NCBI RefSeq assembly: GCF_000281045.1
Contig: NW_008246075.1
Span: 420,561-484,560, forward strand
Reading direction: 5' to 3'
Length of the DNA stretch: 64,000 bases
Source: Saprolegnia diclina VS20
Taxonomy: Eukaryota
The position numbers and the translations under genes are program-made. Below the pieces are notes generated by a model that searched no databases, was not told where the DNA came from, and was given only the letters and a program-made list of their open reading frames with translations. Shown here piece after piece: positions 38,493 to 51,053 of this stretch; within the stretch, counting starts at the first letter, position 1; every line of letters begins with the position of its first letter.

Positions 38493-41216
38493 ATGAAAGC
38501 CCATATCGGACTCCTCTTTGCGGTTGTTGCTACCGCACGATCGGCCTCCAGCGATATCGATGTACGAGCCATCGACACGACGGACAGGACCGATTCGTTG
38601 ATTTCGCACGCTTCCGCGCGAAATCTGCTTGTTGCCGACAGCGACCCAAAAGCTGCATCCGACAACCCGATGACCAGTGCCAGCGGCCCAAGACCCGCTC
38701 ATATCATGGACACCGATTTTAGCTTTTTGGGCAACAACGGTGTCGGTGCGCCTGGCTCTCCGAGCAACAACGGCGGCGGTGCATCCGTCAACAACAGCGG
38801 CGATGTGTCAGGCAACAACGGCGGCGGTGTGTCAGGCAACAACGGCGGCGGTGCGTCCGTCAACAACGGCGGCGGTGTGTCAGGCAACAACGGCGGCGGT
38901 GGGTCAGGCAACAACGGCGGCGGTGTGTCCGTCAACAACGGCGGCGATGTGTCAGGCAACAACGGCGGCGGTGTGTCCGTCTTCAACGACGGCGGTACGC
39001 CAGGCAACAACGGCGGCGGTGTGTCAGGCTCTCCGAGCAACAATGGCGGCGGTGCGTCAGGCAACAACGGTGTCGGTGCGTCAGGCAACAACGGCGGCGG
39101 TGTGTCAGGCTCTCCGAGCAGCAACGGCGGCGGTGTGTCAGGCTCTCCGGGCAACAACGGCGGCGGTACGCCAGGCAACAACGGCGGTGGTACGCCAGGC
39201 TCTCCGAGCAACAGCGGCGGCGGTGCGTCAGGCAACAACGGTGTCGGTGCGTCAGGCAACAACGGCGGCGGTGTGTCAGGCTCTCCGAGCAGCAACGGCG
39301 GTGGTACGCCAGGCTCCCCGAGCATGAAAGATTTGGACGCACCAAGCGTTTCAGGTATCGGCGGTGGATACAAGCCGGTTCATCAAAGCGACGGCGACAG
39401 ATCTGCTTGGAGACGCGGTGATGCGAACGGTGTCACCGATACGAGAGGTGTCAACCGACCGAGAGGTGTCAACGGCTACAAGGGTGGCCACAAGGGCGTG
39501 AAGAATGGCGGCTATCAAAACGCTAATGGGAACAAGTCTGTGATCAAGGAAGCCAACCTAAAAAACTTGAAGTACGGGACCAACAACATTCCCAACGAAG
39601 ACATTGACCACTGGCACGACAGCGCCGATTCTGCCGCCAACGATCAAGGTGGCTACATTCGCAACGAGAGTTCTCGATTCCGACCGAGCTACTCAGACGC
39701 TGACAACGAGAGCGATGACGCGTACCACCATGCTCTTGACAACGATTACGACACCGGCTACGACTCGCATGATAATTGGTGGCACGACCACATCGCCGAT
39801 TCGAACGATGCTACGCCTTCGTATCCTTCTCGTCCAAGCCCCGGGCATGAGTACCCGAACTTTGAGAACGCGAGCGACGACGTCTATGACCACTTTGCCG
39901 ACTCGGACGACGAGTGCCCGTTCCAGCCGTGCCACCAACTCGAAACGATCGAGTACGGCAAGTGCGTGTACCGCCAGCTAGCGCCAGGCACCTTGTGCGC
40001 CGGCCAGAGCTGCGACAACGGCGGGCCCTGCGACGACGACGAGAAGGACTATTGCGACAGTGACGGCACGTGTGTCAACGGCTACCGTATTGAAACCTAT
40101 GTTCCTTGCCGCCCTGCAGTGAGTGCGTGCGACGTGCCCGAGTACTGCAACGGCAAGCAAAGCGAGTGTCCCGTCGACAAGTTTTCTCCGCGGACACAAA
40201 AGTGCATTGGCCATTCCAACGGTGGCGACTGCGACACGACCGACCACTGCGACGGCCGGGGCCACTGCGTCGACGGCTTTCGCGGCTCGAGTTTCGTCTG
40301 CCGTGCGGCGCGCGACGCCTGCGATGCGCCCGAGCACTGCACGGGGCACAGCGGCATGTGCCCTCACAACCGGTTCGCTGACAAGAGCACCGACTGCACC
40401 GGCATGGGCAGGTCGTCAAAGGGGCCTTGCGACGCCCGCGATCGCTGCGACGGCAAGGGCAACTGCATCGACCGCTACCACGGCCCCGACCACATCTGCC
40501 GCAAACCGCGCGATGAGTGCGACGTGCCCGAGTACTGCACCGGCGACAGCCGGGATTGTCCCGACGACGAGTTTGCCGACACTTCAGTCACTTGCAGTGG
40601 CGCCTCGTCCCACGGCGCGTGCGACAGCGTTGACTACTGCGACGGCCACGGCAACTGCATCGACCAGTTCCTCGACAGCGACCACGTCTGCCGCAAGGAA
40701 CGCGACGTCTGTGACCTCCCCGAGTACTGCACGGGCGTCCACGGCAGCTGTCCCCGCAACGAATTTGCATCCGCAGGCACTGTGTGCACACCGATCGGTG
40801 CGTCGTCCAACGGTCCTTGCGATGCCATCGACTACTGCGACGGCCGTGGCACTTGCGTCGACAACTACAACGTTGACACGCTTTGCTACGATCCACGGGG
40901 GTTCTGCGAATCAGGGCGCTTCTGCAACGGCGCGTCCGGGGCGTGTCCCGCCGCAGGGTACGGCCACGACTACGTGCTTCTCGCTGACGACGCCAGCATG
41001 ACCGAAGTCGTCATGCACAACTTTCGCATGTGCTCGGCCAAAGTCGCGGAAGGTCTCGTGTCGGTCGACGGCACCATGCCGAGCCACTCGGTCTTTGTCC
41101 TTTTAGCCAGCGTCGCCCTCGTTGCGGTTGTCGTGGCGATCGTTGTCACCAAGGGCAAGCCGATGTCAAGTGCTGGAAACGACGACGGCTACGTCCTCGT
41201 TACCGAAAATGTCTAG
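38493..41216 (+). CDS. Cell-surface protein: signal peptide, Gly/Asn repeat, Asp-rich linker, five disintegrin-like Cys modules, C-terminal TM
   Basis: Hydrophobic N-terminus; repeated CR....CDxPEYCxG.S..CP..FA...C...S..G.CD..D.CDG.G.C.D; VFVLLASVALVAVVVAIVV TM. Confidence 0.9.
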   Translation: MKAHIGLLFAVVATARSASSDIDVRAIDTTDRTDSLISHASARNLLVADSDPKAASDNPMTSASGPRPAHIMDTDFSFLGNNGVGAPGSPSNNGGGASVNNSGDVSGNNGGGVSGNNGGGASVNNGGGVSGNNGGGGSGNNGGGVSVNNGGDVSGNNGGGVSVFNDGGTPGNNGGGVSGSPSNNGGGASGNNGVGASGNNGGGVSGSPSSNGGGVSGSPGNNGGGTPGNNGGGTPGSPSNSGGGASGNNGVGASGNNGGGVSGSPSSNGGGTPGSPSMKDLDAPSVSGIGGGYKPVHQSDGDRSAWRRGDANGVTDTRGVNRPRGVNGYKGGHKGVKNGGYQNANGNKSVIKEANLKNLKYGTNNIPNEDIDHWHDSADSAANDQGGYIRNESSRFRPSYSDADNESDDAYHHALDNDYDTGYDSHDNWWHDHIADSNDATPSYPSRPSPGHEYPNFENASDDVYDHFADSDDECPFQPCHQLETIEYGKCVYRQLAPGTLCAGQSCDNGGPCDDDEKDYCDSDGTCVNGYRIETYVPCRPAVSACDVPEYCNGKQSECPVDKFSPRTQKCIGHSNGGDCDTTDHCDGRGHCVDGFRGSSFVCRAARDACDAPEHCTGHSGMCPHNRFADKSTDCTGMGRSSKGPCDARDRCDGKGNCIDRYHGPDHICRKPRDECDVPEYCTGDSRDCPDDEFADTSVTCSGASSHGACDSVDYCDGHGNCIDQFLDSDHVCRKERDVCDLPEYCTGVHGSCPRNEFASAGTVCTPIGASSNGPCDAIDYCDGRGTCVDNYNVDTLCYDPRGFCESGRFCNGASGACPAAGYGHDYVLLADDASMTEVVMHNFRMCSAKVAEGLVSVDGTMPSHSVFVLLASVALVAVVVAIVVTKGKPMSSAGNDDGYVLVTENV
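38733..39320 (+). repeat. Coding minisatellite (GGCAACAACGGCGGCGGTGTGTCA-type units) encoding GNNGGGVS/GSPS repeats
   Basis: Directly visible 24-33 bp units with higher-order duplication. Confidence 0.9.
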
Positions 41217-41572
41217 CCGTGCTCACGGCTCCGTGTCGATGTGAAATTTGTATGACAAACTTACAAACGAAATGAAAGAAAATTGTATTTGCGACGACTC
41301 GAGTTGTAGATCTCTTGCTGCTCTCAGGTACCGCATTTTCTTCGTAGAGGACGCGTAAGAGTCTCCAACATGCCAACCAACTTGGTGTAATAGGAGACGA
41401 GCCGCTTGTGCTCGAAGTTTGTGCCGAGTACCCTGCAATGACCACGCGATAGTAGGCATAGCTATGGTAATTTCAATCCCATTATTGATTGCAAAACTTC
41501 AAGGAGGCACGACAGGGCTCCAACCAATAGCTGGTCATTCCACATGCAATTTAAGGCATTGTTCAGCAATCA

Positions 41573-41624
41573 ACTACAATCACAAACCACTACAATCACA
41601 AATCACAAATCACAAACCACTACA
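41573..41624 (+). repeat. Short imperfect tandem repeat (ACTACAATCACAAACC / ATCACAA)
   Basis: Visible in sequence. Confidence 0.6.
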
Positions 41625-41880
41625 TGTAATCTTGCATCCCGTGACTACCAGAATCAAACTTGCGTGAACAATCGACCGCGTCTGCGGGCTGTGAGCCTAG
41701 GTTCGATCGATGGACTGCGCAATGCACGCACACAATGCCTTGCAGACGGCGCCTCAGCCTACATAGTACCTTCCGGTGCCGAGCAGGTCGCGAATGTTCC
41801 AGAGACCATCATTCCGCGAGACTAGCATTCTTTTTGCCAGAAAGTACGACGGCCACAATTGGTTTTGCCTCGCCCGTCAG

Positions 41881-43489
41881 ATGCTACAGCTTTCTTCGAC
41901 TTTGGCCCGCGTTGCCCGTCGCGTGCCGCCCTCGCACGTGCTCCGCGCCGCCTTCTCTACGAACCCAGACCTCTGGGAGACGATCCAGCGTCGCGACGGT
42001 ATGGACAGTCTCTCTGACGCGCGCTGCATCATCGAATCGTGCAGGCCGCACCATGTATTTCAACAAGGTGACCAAGGAAGGCACGTTCAAGAACCCGTTT
42101 GAGGCGGCGCCATTGGCAGCTCCGGCGTCGACGCCGGCGACAGCGGCCTCGCCTGAAGCGCCGGCCGCGGCGACCGAGGCGACGGACGTCCAGGAAGCCG
42201 ACGCGTGGGAACCCATCGACTTTACAAAAGCCGCGCGCATCGAAGGCTCCGAGGCCCAAATGTACGACGCTGTATCGATTCGTGTCGTCTCATAGTCTTT
42301 GCAGTGTTCATGTAGGTGCCTGGATACCATGTCATAATGGTGGGTCGTGAGATTGCACTTTGGCTATAGATCGACATTGGCCCCAACCAAAAGCTGCGCA
42401 CGGAGAGCGGTGCGATGATCTACATGACGGACGGCGTCGAGATGGACACGACGACCGCCGGCGGCTTTCGCCAAGGCCTGACGCGGTATGTCATCTCTAC
42501 ACGCAACCACAATCTCAGAACTCAGTCGCTACATAGCATGGTCACGGGCCAAAATTTCTTTGTCACCGAGTACACGTACAAGGGAGCGTCCAAGGGCACA
42601 GTTGCGATGGGTACCTCGGTCCCCTCCAAGGTACAAGCCCCTCACTCTGCCCTGTGCTGCAAGCTTGCTGCTTAGATCTTGCACATGCGCCTCGCCAACT
42701 TTGGCGGGTCGCTCATTTGCCAGAAAGGCGCGTTTCTCTGCGGCAGCCACACGATTGGCATCGAAATGGTTTTGCTCCAAGCATTTTTGCACCGATCTCA
42801 GTGTTGCTATGTTGCATTTGTAGGAGTTTACCAAGAACTTTGGCGCCGGCTTCTTTGGCGGCGAAGGCTTTATCCTCCAGCGCCTCAACGGCCCTGGCGA
42901 CGCGTTCATTTCGGCCAACGGCGCTCTCATCGAACGCACGCTCGCGCCGGGCGAGGTCCTTCGCATCTCGAGCGGCTGCCTCGTCGCCTTTGAGCCGAGT
43001 GTGCACTTTGACATTAGCCGCGTCGGCGGCGTCAAGAACGTGCTCTTCAGCGGCACGGGCCTCTTTGTGACGACACTCACGGGTCCCGGCCGCGTCTACT
43101 TGCAAGGGCTTCCGTTCGACCGCATGGTCGGTGAAATCGCGTCGCGCATTCCTGGCGGCGGCGGTGGCCCGATCATCATGCCGATGGGTCTCGGTGGCGG
43201 CAGTGGCGCGGCCGATGCGGCCGGTGGTGCCGTGGCCGGTGACGCGGCTGGCGGCGCGATTGCTGGCGACGGCCTTGACACGCCGATTGCGTCGTCGCCG
43301 TCGGACGCGTCCATGTTTGGCATGTCGGACGCGCCACCAGCAGACGCCGGGTTCCAAGAAGCGAGCGGTTTTGACGCGCCACCCGAGATGGAAGCGGACC
43401 CGAACGAGTTTGTCACGGAAGAGTTCGACGCAGACGCCGCGAGCGACACGGTCGAAGTTGTCACCGACTTTTTCAAGCGCTTCTTTTAA
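41881..43489 (+). CDS. AIM24: AIM24 (TRAP-like) family protein with mitochondrial-type presequence, spliced
   Basis: ESGAMIYM, LICQKGAFLC, GFFGGEGFILQRL, LFSGTGLFVTTLTGPGRVYLQGLP. Arg-rich N-terminus. Confidence 0.88.
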
Positions 43490-44560
43490 GCGACCGGAAG
43501 CTAAAATCGACGATCGAACTAGGTTAACTGCAATGTGCGCACGTATGACAAAGGAACACGTCTCGAACGGTGCTCTCTCCTCATCGAACATTCTCGGAAT
43601 GGGCAGTGGGGATCGATCCCTGGTCTGGGTTCGACACTCGGTGTGCCTTCTCTTGCTGAATGCGAAGAGCTTCTAGTGGCACACAACTGCGCAACATCCA
43701 ATACATGTACAAACATCGGGAGTTACTGTAGTATACACCAACTCATGGGACACCCTTGACCAACTCGACTGTGATGAGAGTACCAGGTACAGTACAGCGC
43801 ATTGTGGAGTGATTCTAGTCAAGTCGCCATGAGCGTCCCACCTAGAACCGTGTTGGCTGCGCTCTTGTATGTTGTACTGGAGCACAATACACGATCGATA
43901 GCAACCGGTCGTGCCGACCCACGTACCAGCAGCGATCACGCACGAGATAGGCCCTCCGGTGCGTGCACCAGCTGTTCATGAGTCCCACCTAGCGTCGCAA
44001 CCACCGGCGTCGTTTCATTGGCCCACCAGAGTCCAATTCGCACAAGTAGTACTCTCATGGCACGGGCTAAACACACGCCACTTAACGAGCCTTCCATTGG
44101 CGTCCTTGCCGACAACATGAAATAGAATCAGCTCAACATACCGCATATAAACTACGTGCGCTTTAGGGCGTGTCTTCGTATCATCTTCTAGAGAACCAAC
44201 ACTGCCAATGGCGCTACGAACGCCGCCGACGTTGTATAACGTCACATTTGAAACGCAGTGTTTTTAGACAGATGCGGCAGCCTTGTGGCCACGACAGGGA
44301 TCTGGGACAAGCCATGTAAGGGAGCTTGAAACCCGGCAAAGGATAACCAAGATTCGTGGCCACGAGCGCCGCTCCTACTTGCACGTATACGATTCTTTTG
44401 CGCTGCGCTGGCTATAAGCAAGGGTCGACACCTAACGGCCCGCGGTACCCGCCAGTGCCCGCAGTACCATACAGTAGTACGCGTCCCAACCGCAACGCCT
44501 TGTTCGGTCAACCGCCACGATGTGCGCGTCCTCTTAAGTGCGCTTTTGGTTTGTCCGACG

Positions 44561-44610
44561 TACTTGAGTGAATAAAACCGTACTTGATCGAATAAAACCG
44601 CACTTGAGCG
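44561..44610 (+). repeat. 20-bp period tandem repeat in IMPDH promoter
   Basis: TACTTGAGTGAATAAAACCG / TACTTGATCGAATAAAACCG / CACTTGAGCG. Confidence 0.85.
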
Positions 44611-44684
44611 AGCTAGCGCAGTTGGAACCAGTGGTCGCGGCGCATGATCATGTAAACACGAATTCGGCACTTTGCACCGAAGTT

Positions 44685-44698
44685 TCACTTTGCATTTC
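44685..44698 (+). promoter_or_regulatory. Inr/FPR-like core promoter motif (IMPDH)
   Basis: TCACTTTGCATTTC about 40 bp before the ATG. Confidence 0.5.
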
Positions 44699-44724
44699 GG
44701 ATCCAAGATCACATTTCACACCAA

Positions 44725-46322
44725 ATGAACTCGGAACCTCTCGTGACGCGCAACCTCGACTTTGACGAAGGCCTCGGCCAGGACGGCCGGTCGGCCCTCG
44801 ACATCTTTGTCAACAAGAACAACGGCGTCGGTGTCACGTACGACGACTTGATCATGATGCCGGGTATGTCCCACACTGCACGTTTGAATGCAATCTCACC
44901 TAAGATCTCATAGGGCACATTGACTTTGGCGTCGACGAGGTGACGCTCGAGACCAAGATCTCGCGCAACATCAGCCTCCGCCTCCCGCTTATCTCGTCGC
45001 CGATGGACACGGTCACGGAGCACAAGATGGCGATTGCGATGGCGCTCCACGGCGCGATCGGCGTTATCCACTACAACATGACGGTCGAGGAGCAGTGCCA
45101 CGAAGTGTCGCTTGTCAAGAAGTTCAAGAACGGCTTCATCCTCAACCCGATCTGCCTCGCGCCCACCGACACGCTCGAGAAGGTCGACAGCATCAAGGCC
45201 GAGTACGGTTTTGCCGGCATCCCGATCACGGAGAACGGCAAGGTCGGCTCGAAGCTCCTCGGCATGGTCTCGAACCGCGACATTGATTTCATCGAGAACC
45301 GCCAGACTCTGCTCAAGGACGTGATGGTCACGGACCTCATCACGGCCCGTGAAGGCACGAAGCTCGCGGAAGCCAACGAGATCTTGAAGGCCAACAAGCT
45401 CGGCAAGCTCCCGATCGTCAACGCTAAGGGCGAGCTCGTCTCGCTCATCTCGCGTCGCGATCTTGTCAAGAACCGCGACTTCCCCATGGCATCCAAGGAC
45501 CAGAACAAGCAGCTCCTTGTCGGTGCCTCGATCGGCACGCGCCCCAACGACCGCGAACGCGCCGCGGCGCTCATCGCCGCCGGCGTCAACCTCCTCGTCA
45601 TCGACTCGTCGCAGGGCGACTCGATGTTCCAGATTGAGATCCTCCGCCACCTCAAGGCGACTTTCCCGCACGTCGATGTCATTGGCGGCAACGTCGTGAC
45701 CATGCGCCAGGCCAAGAACCTCATCCTTGCCGGCGCCGACGGCCTCAAGATCGGCATGGGCTCGGGCTCGATCTGCACGACGCAGGAGATCTGCGCCGCC
45801 GGCCGCGCTCAGGCTTCGGCCGTCTACAACACGGCGCGCCTCGCGCGCAAGTACGGCGTGCCCGTCATCGCCGACGGCGGCATTGCCAGCTCGGGTCACA
45901 TCATCAAGGCGCTCTCGGTCGGTGCGTCGGCCGTCATGTGCGGCTCGCTCTTTGCCGGCACGGAGGAGTCGCCCGGCCAGTACTTCTTCCAGGACGGCGT
46001 GCGCCTCAAGAAGTACCGTGGCATGGGCTCGGTTGAAGCCCAAGGCCAGGGCTCGGCCAAGCGCTACTTCGGCTCGAACGCCGTCGTCAAGGTCGCGCAG
46101 GGTGTGAGCGGCGCCGTCGTCGACAAGGGCTCGCTTAACAAGTATGTTCCGTACTTGCAGCAGGGCATCAAGCACGGCTTCCAGGACCTCGGCGTCAAGA
46201 CGATTGCGCAGCTCCACGAGTTTCTCTACGCTGGCGAGCTCCGCTTCGAGATGCGCACGCCCGCCGCCCAGCGCGAAGGCTCGGTCCACGGCCTCCACAC
46301 GTACGAGAAGCGCCTCTTTTAA
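44725..46322 (+). CDS. IMPDH: Inosine-5'-monophosphate dehydrogenase with CBS pair, one intron (~44864-44913)
   Basis: [31 protein letters not shown] (catalytic Cys), IADGGI, YRGMGS, AQGVSG. Confidence 0.98.
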
Positions 46323-46852
46323 GCAAGATCCCCCCGTAAAATTACTTTGCAAACTCCACACTCGAGTTGTGTACGATAGACCCGGATTATTTATTCTTAT
46401 TCTAAATCTTATTGTGAATTCATGCCCACGTGGCGCGCGGTCATGCCCATTTGTTTCGAGCGTTTTGCTGCCTCCGCAGCCTGCCACGTCACAGGAGTAA
46501 CCAAGTTCACCACGCGACGCTGTAGGAAGATCCACGACAGTCGCGATTCCGCGAGCATGACCAACGCGATCTGCTCGTCGCCTGTGTTGTATTCATAGCA
46601 CAGGTGTCAGCCCGAGTACAGTATTGCGCTTTGTGGCGATCCCCGACTTGTAAAAACGCCAGACTAGACTCACTAGTAGAGGACTGGACTCCACATTCTT
46701 GTTTCCGAGTCGAAGAGCATAGCTTTTTCGTCGTCAGTGCGCTCAGATTGGACGACTGACTCGACATTTCAACCACAACCGTCTTAGTTTGGAAAGTATC
46801 AACGAAAAGGCCTCCAGTACAAAACATAAAGGCATGTATTCGAGTGGTCGAT

Positions 46853-49800
46853 TTATCTCGCGTCGTCGTGCGCGTCATCGATCACCTGGTGCAGGAACCG
46901 GTCCGAGCCCGTCAACGGGTCGGCGCTCGGCGGCCGCGGCGGGCTCGGCACATCGTTCGCATCGTCCGTCGTCGACCGGAAGAGTTCGCGGTTGCGCTGC
47001 GCCTTGTGCTCGCCGATAAACGACTACCAATTCAGACAAATCAGATTTACAAGATGAGAGATTGTCGCGTACGTGGCGCTTGTACTGGGACGAGGCCGTG
47101 TACTGGTTGTTGAGACGCGAGAAGACGTCGCGCTTGGCTTGCGGCTGCGGCGACTCGATCGCACCGCCCTCCGAGACGCAGTCGCTAATGTGGTGCGCCT
47201 TGGTGCGCGACGACTTGGGCTTGGGCGACTCGTACCCGCCTTCCGACACCGAGTCGCTGTGGTCGCCGTCCATGTCGCAGTCGTCCATGTCTTGCTCGTT
47301 TTCCTGCACCATATCCAATGAATTCAAGTTGACACATTGATAATTTTACCTTTTTCAGCGTCGCGAGGACGTCCATGACGGCCGAGCTGCCACTGCTGCG
47401 CCGGCCCGTGTCGATTGGCGGCGGCGGTGGGTGGCGCGGCGTCGAAGCACGTGGCCGGGGCGAGGCTGCGACATTGAGACTCGGGCTCGGCTGCCGCAGC
47501 TTGGACGTTGTGGCCGTCGGCGGTGGCACCAGCAGGTTGCGGTCCTTGAGCCTACACAAGACATGAGCCTAGGATGACAACGATGCGTCATGCGATACCG
47601 GCGCGAGCGCAAGTTTTGGTTGCGGTTTTTCAGAATCTCGCGCTTTTCGCGGGCGTTCTCTTGGAGCCGGTGGCGGTGGATGCCCGTAAAGTTGGTCGGG
47701 TTCGAGAGGCGGTTGAAGATCGACGACGACGTCGGGGCCGTGTCCGAGCTCGCGCTGCCGACGCTCATGTGGTCGTCCATGTCACACGCCATGTCCACAT
47801 CGCCGTCGTCATGGGTCGGGGCCGGCGGCGGCAGAAAGCTGCTGCTGCTCGCCTTGTTGTCGACTTGGGCTTCGAGCCACTTGATGCGCTCACGGCACGT
47901 GGCCAACCCGGCCTTGTACTTTTGCTCGCGCACTTGGAGCGCGGCCTTTTGCGCTTCGCTCACCGCCGCTTGGGCCGAGAGCTCTTCGCACTGCCGGCGC
48001 AAGACCGACACTTGCTCTTCGGACGCGCTCTGGACGAGCCGCGACGGATCGCCGCCCATGGCCTCGGCAATCATCTGCTGGAGCTTCTCCTCGTACGTTT
48101 GGCGCATAAAATTGTTGCGCTCCTTCTCGATGAGCAGCGTCGACTCGATTTCGCCGAGACGCAACAACGTGCTCTGCAGCTCCGCGTCTTTTGCTTCCTC
48201 TTGTTTCTTGACGCCGACCGCCATGCTGAAGAGCAGTTTGAGCAGCGTCCGCGCTTCGGGCAGCGACGACGTCTCCATCTTGGCCATCGCCTCGTCGTCG
48301 TCGAGGTCCACGAGCATCGAGCTGGACGCCATTTCCGAGATGCGCTCGTCCTTGTACTCGAGCTGCGCTTGGCACGCCTCGATGCGCTCTTCGAGCTCGG
48401 CGAGCATCGCCTCCTCTTCCTTCCCGAGCCCGCCATGCGCCGCCTCCGACTTGAGCGGCGAGATGAGGATATCGCGGATCGCACTCGCGTCGCCCGTCGC
48501 ACGCTCGGCCAGTGACGCTTGGAGCTCGTCCTGGAGCTTGTTGCGCTGGCCGTAGAGCCGCTCCATTTGTCGCACAATTTTCTCGCGCTTGGCGAGCTCC
48601 TCTTCGAGCTGTTCGGCCTTCTTTTGCTGGTCCGCGAGCTTCTTGATCTGAGTCTCGAGCCACACTTCGTCTTTGGACGGCGTCTTGGCCTTGGTCTTGC
48701 GGTTCGTCTGCAGCAACAGCTGCTGCTGCTTGAGGCGGCGGTTCGCGGCCGCGACTTCCTCCATGCGCCGCTTCAAAACGCGCTCCTGCGCGTCCTTTTC
48801 GCTCCCGAGCTTTTGAATCTGCTTGCGGTCGCGCTGGTGCTCGCGCTTGAGGTTCATAATCTCGCGCTTGCGCTCGTTGGCCTCGACCTCGTACTTTTTG
48901 CGGTCGGCTTGCATCTTGCGGAGGAGGTCGACCTTCTGCCGCTTCATCGTGCTAATCTCGTTGGTCAAGACGCGCAGCTGCACGTCGCTCTTCTGCTTCA
49001 TGACTTCAAAGCGGCGCATTTCCGCCTGCTTCTTCCGGAGCGCCGAGAGCTCGCCATCTTTCGACACGAGGTCCACTGACAGCTTGTGGTAGCGCGGCGG
49101 GTCCGACACCTGGTGCGTCTGCATCTCAGCGACGAGCCGGTCGCGCTCGGCCATGAAAACCCGCTCCTTCTCGGCCATCTCCTTCAGTCGCTGCTCAAAG
49201 ACACCGCGCATGCGCTCGTAGCCTTCCGCGTTGCGCCGGAGCGTCGAGAGCATTTGCTCCTTGAGCGAAATGTTGTTGGAGAGGTCCTGGACCGACGCGC
49301 CGAGGACCTGCTGGCGCTTTTGGAACTCACGCTGCATGAGCTCCATCTCGATCGAGAGGTTCTCGTCGTCGTCGTCGCCATTGTCGCATGGCGTGTCGGA
49401 GAAGACGGCTTGCGCTTGGATCTGCTTGAGCATCTCTTGCTCGCGCTTGATCTCTTGCTCGGCCTGCTCGATGAGCCGCTGCTCCTCCTCGAGCATGTCG
49501 GCGGTCAAGCCAAACGACGCCATGTCCAGCTCTTGGTGCGACGACGACGTCGGAGCAAACATGTGCGCCTTGTCCCGCTCGCCCTCGGCCGCCCGGAGCT
49601 TCTCCTGGAGCTCCTGGATCGTCTTGAGCTGCTCCTTGACGAGGCCCATCTCTTCGCCGTTCGGGTCGAGGAGACCTGTGCCCGAGGCTTCGCAGCACAT
49701 GCGAAAGTAGTCGCGCTGGCCTTGCGTCACGAGCAGCTCCTCCTTGATCGCGTCGGTCTCGTTGCGCCAGCGCTTGATCTCGGACGTGAGCCGGAGCACC

Positions 49801-51053
49801 TCGTTTTCCGCCGCCTCGGTACGCTGGCGCATCGAGCCAAAGCTATCGAGCCGCCACTCGGACGCCGCGGCCTGCACGCGCGGATCGTTCATGTCGGCGC
49901 CGGGGTGTCGGAACTGGAAGAGCTCTTCCTGCAGCGACTGCACTTGCGCGCGCAGCTCCGCGACGACCGCCGACGCTTCGTCGCGGTTGATGACGGCCTT
50001 GTTCTGGATGTTGCGCGCGCGGTTCGCATACATGAGCGAGCTCTTGGACTCGGAGATGTTGCGTCCCGCGGGGCTCACGCAGCACAGCATGAGCGTCCGG
50101 CTGTTGCCGCCGAGCGAGTCCTGCAGCATGCGCGTGAGCTTCGAGTCGCGGTACGGGACGTGCACGCGGCCGCGGCGCGTGTCGTCGCCGAGGGCGTTGA
50201 TGACGTTGCCGAGGACGAAGAGGCCCTTGTTGATGTCAATGCCTTCCTTGAGCCGGAGCCCCTCGGCCTTGGTCATCTTTTGCTTCTCCGAGCCCGCGAG
50301 GTCGACAAAGTTGAAGTAGCAGCTGCGCACTTCGCACTCGGGCGCCTCGGACGACGCGTCGCCAAATGGAATGTGCTGCGTCATCGTGATGGTCAGAATC
50401 GCATGCGACCGACTCGACTCGGCGTTCATGTCGGTGGCGCCGACCGTCCGGCAAAAGCTGCCTTTGTCGAGCAGCTTGATGCACTCGGCGGCCGAGTTGA
50501 CCGGCTCTTCGCGCGCGCCGTTGACTTGGACTTGGCCCGCCGAGCCTTCCTTGAGCGTTACCTTGGCGTTCGTGTCGAGCGTCCCATTCCCAAACTGCGA
50601 GAGGAGGTCGCGGATGTCGTCGCCGTAGATCTCGAGGAAGCGGAAGGTCACCTCGGCCCGGTAGCCTGGCGTCTCGACCTGCTTGAGTGCAATGCGCGCA
50701 AAGATGTCGTCGAGCGCCCGCGGAATGATGCCCATCTCGTCGCTCTTGGTCGCGAACGCGCTGTTGCCCGAGCCCATCGTGAACGTCTTCCCGGACCCGG
50801 TCTGGCCATAGGCGAAGATGGTCGCGTTGTAGCCCTCGAACGTCGAGTCGACGAGCGGCGCGATGCAGGGCCAGAGGTCGTCCTGCCCGGCCTCCGGGCC
50901 AAAGACGTGGTCGTACGTGTACGTGACGTTGCTGGACGGGATCATGACCTGGGCGCCAAAGGTCTCGACTGCATGGTTGTCGTCCTCGAGCTTCTCCTTC
51001 GGGACGAGCGGCCGGACGCGGACGACGACGCGGACGCTGCTGCTGGTCTCCAT
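46853..51053 (-). CDS. Kinesin-4 family motor (KIF4/KIF21-like), spliced at 3' end
   Basis: VRVVVRVRPL, YGQTGSGKT, NAESSRSHA, VDLAGSE, HVPYRDSKLTRMLQDSLGGN. Long coiled-coil stalk. Confidence 0.95.

Noticed and set aside
38733..39320. Repeat array as possible CRISPR
   Set aside because: No unique spacers; in-frame coding Gly/Asn repeat in a eukaryotic gene
41573..41624. Possible interstitial telomere repeat
   Set aside because: Units do not match the oomycete TTTAGGG repeat and are short and irregular
43600..43650. GGTTCGA T-loop-like sequence suggesting a tRNA
   Set aside because: No cloverleaf stems or A-box could be formed
44709..46535. 608-aa - strand ORF
   Set aside because: Antisense shadow of IMPDH
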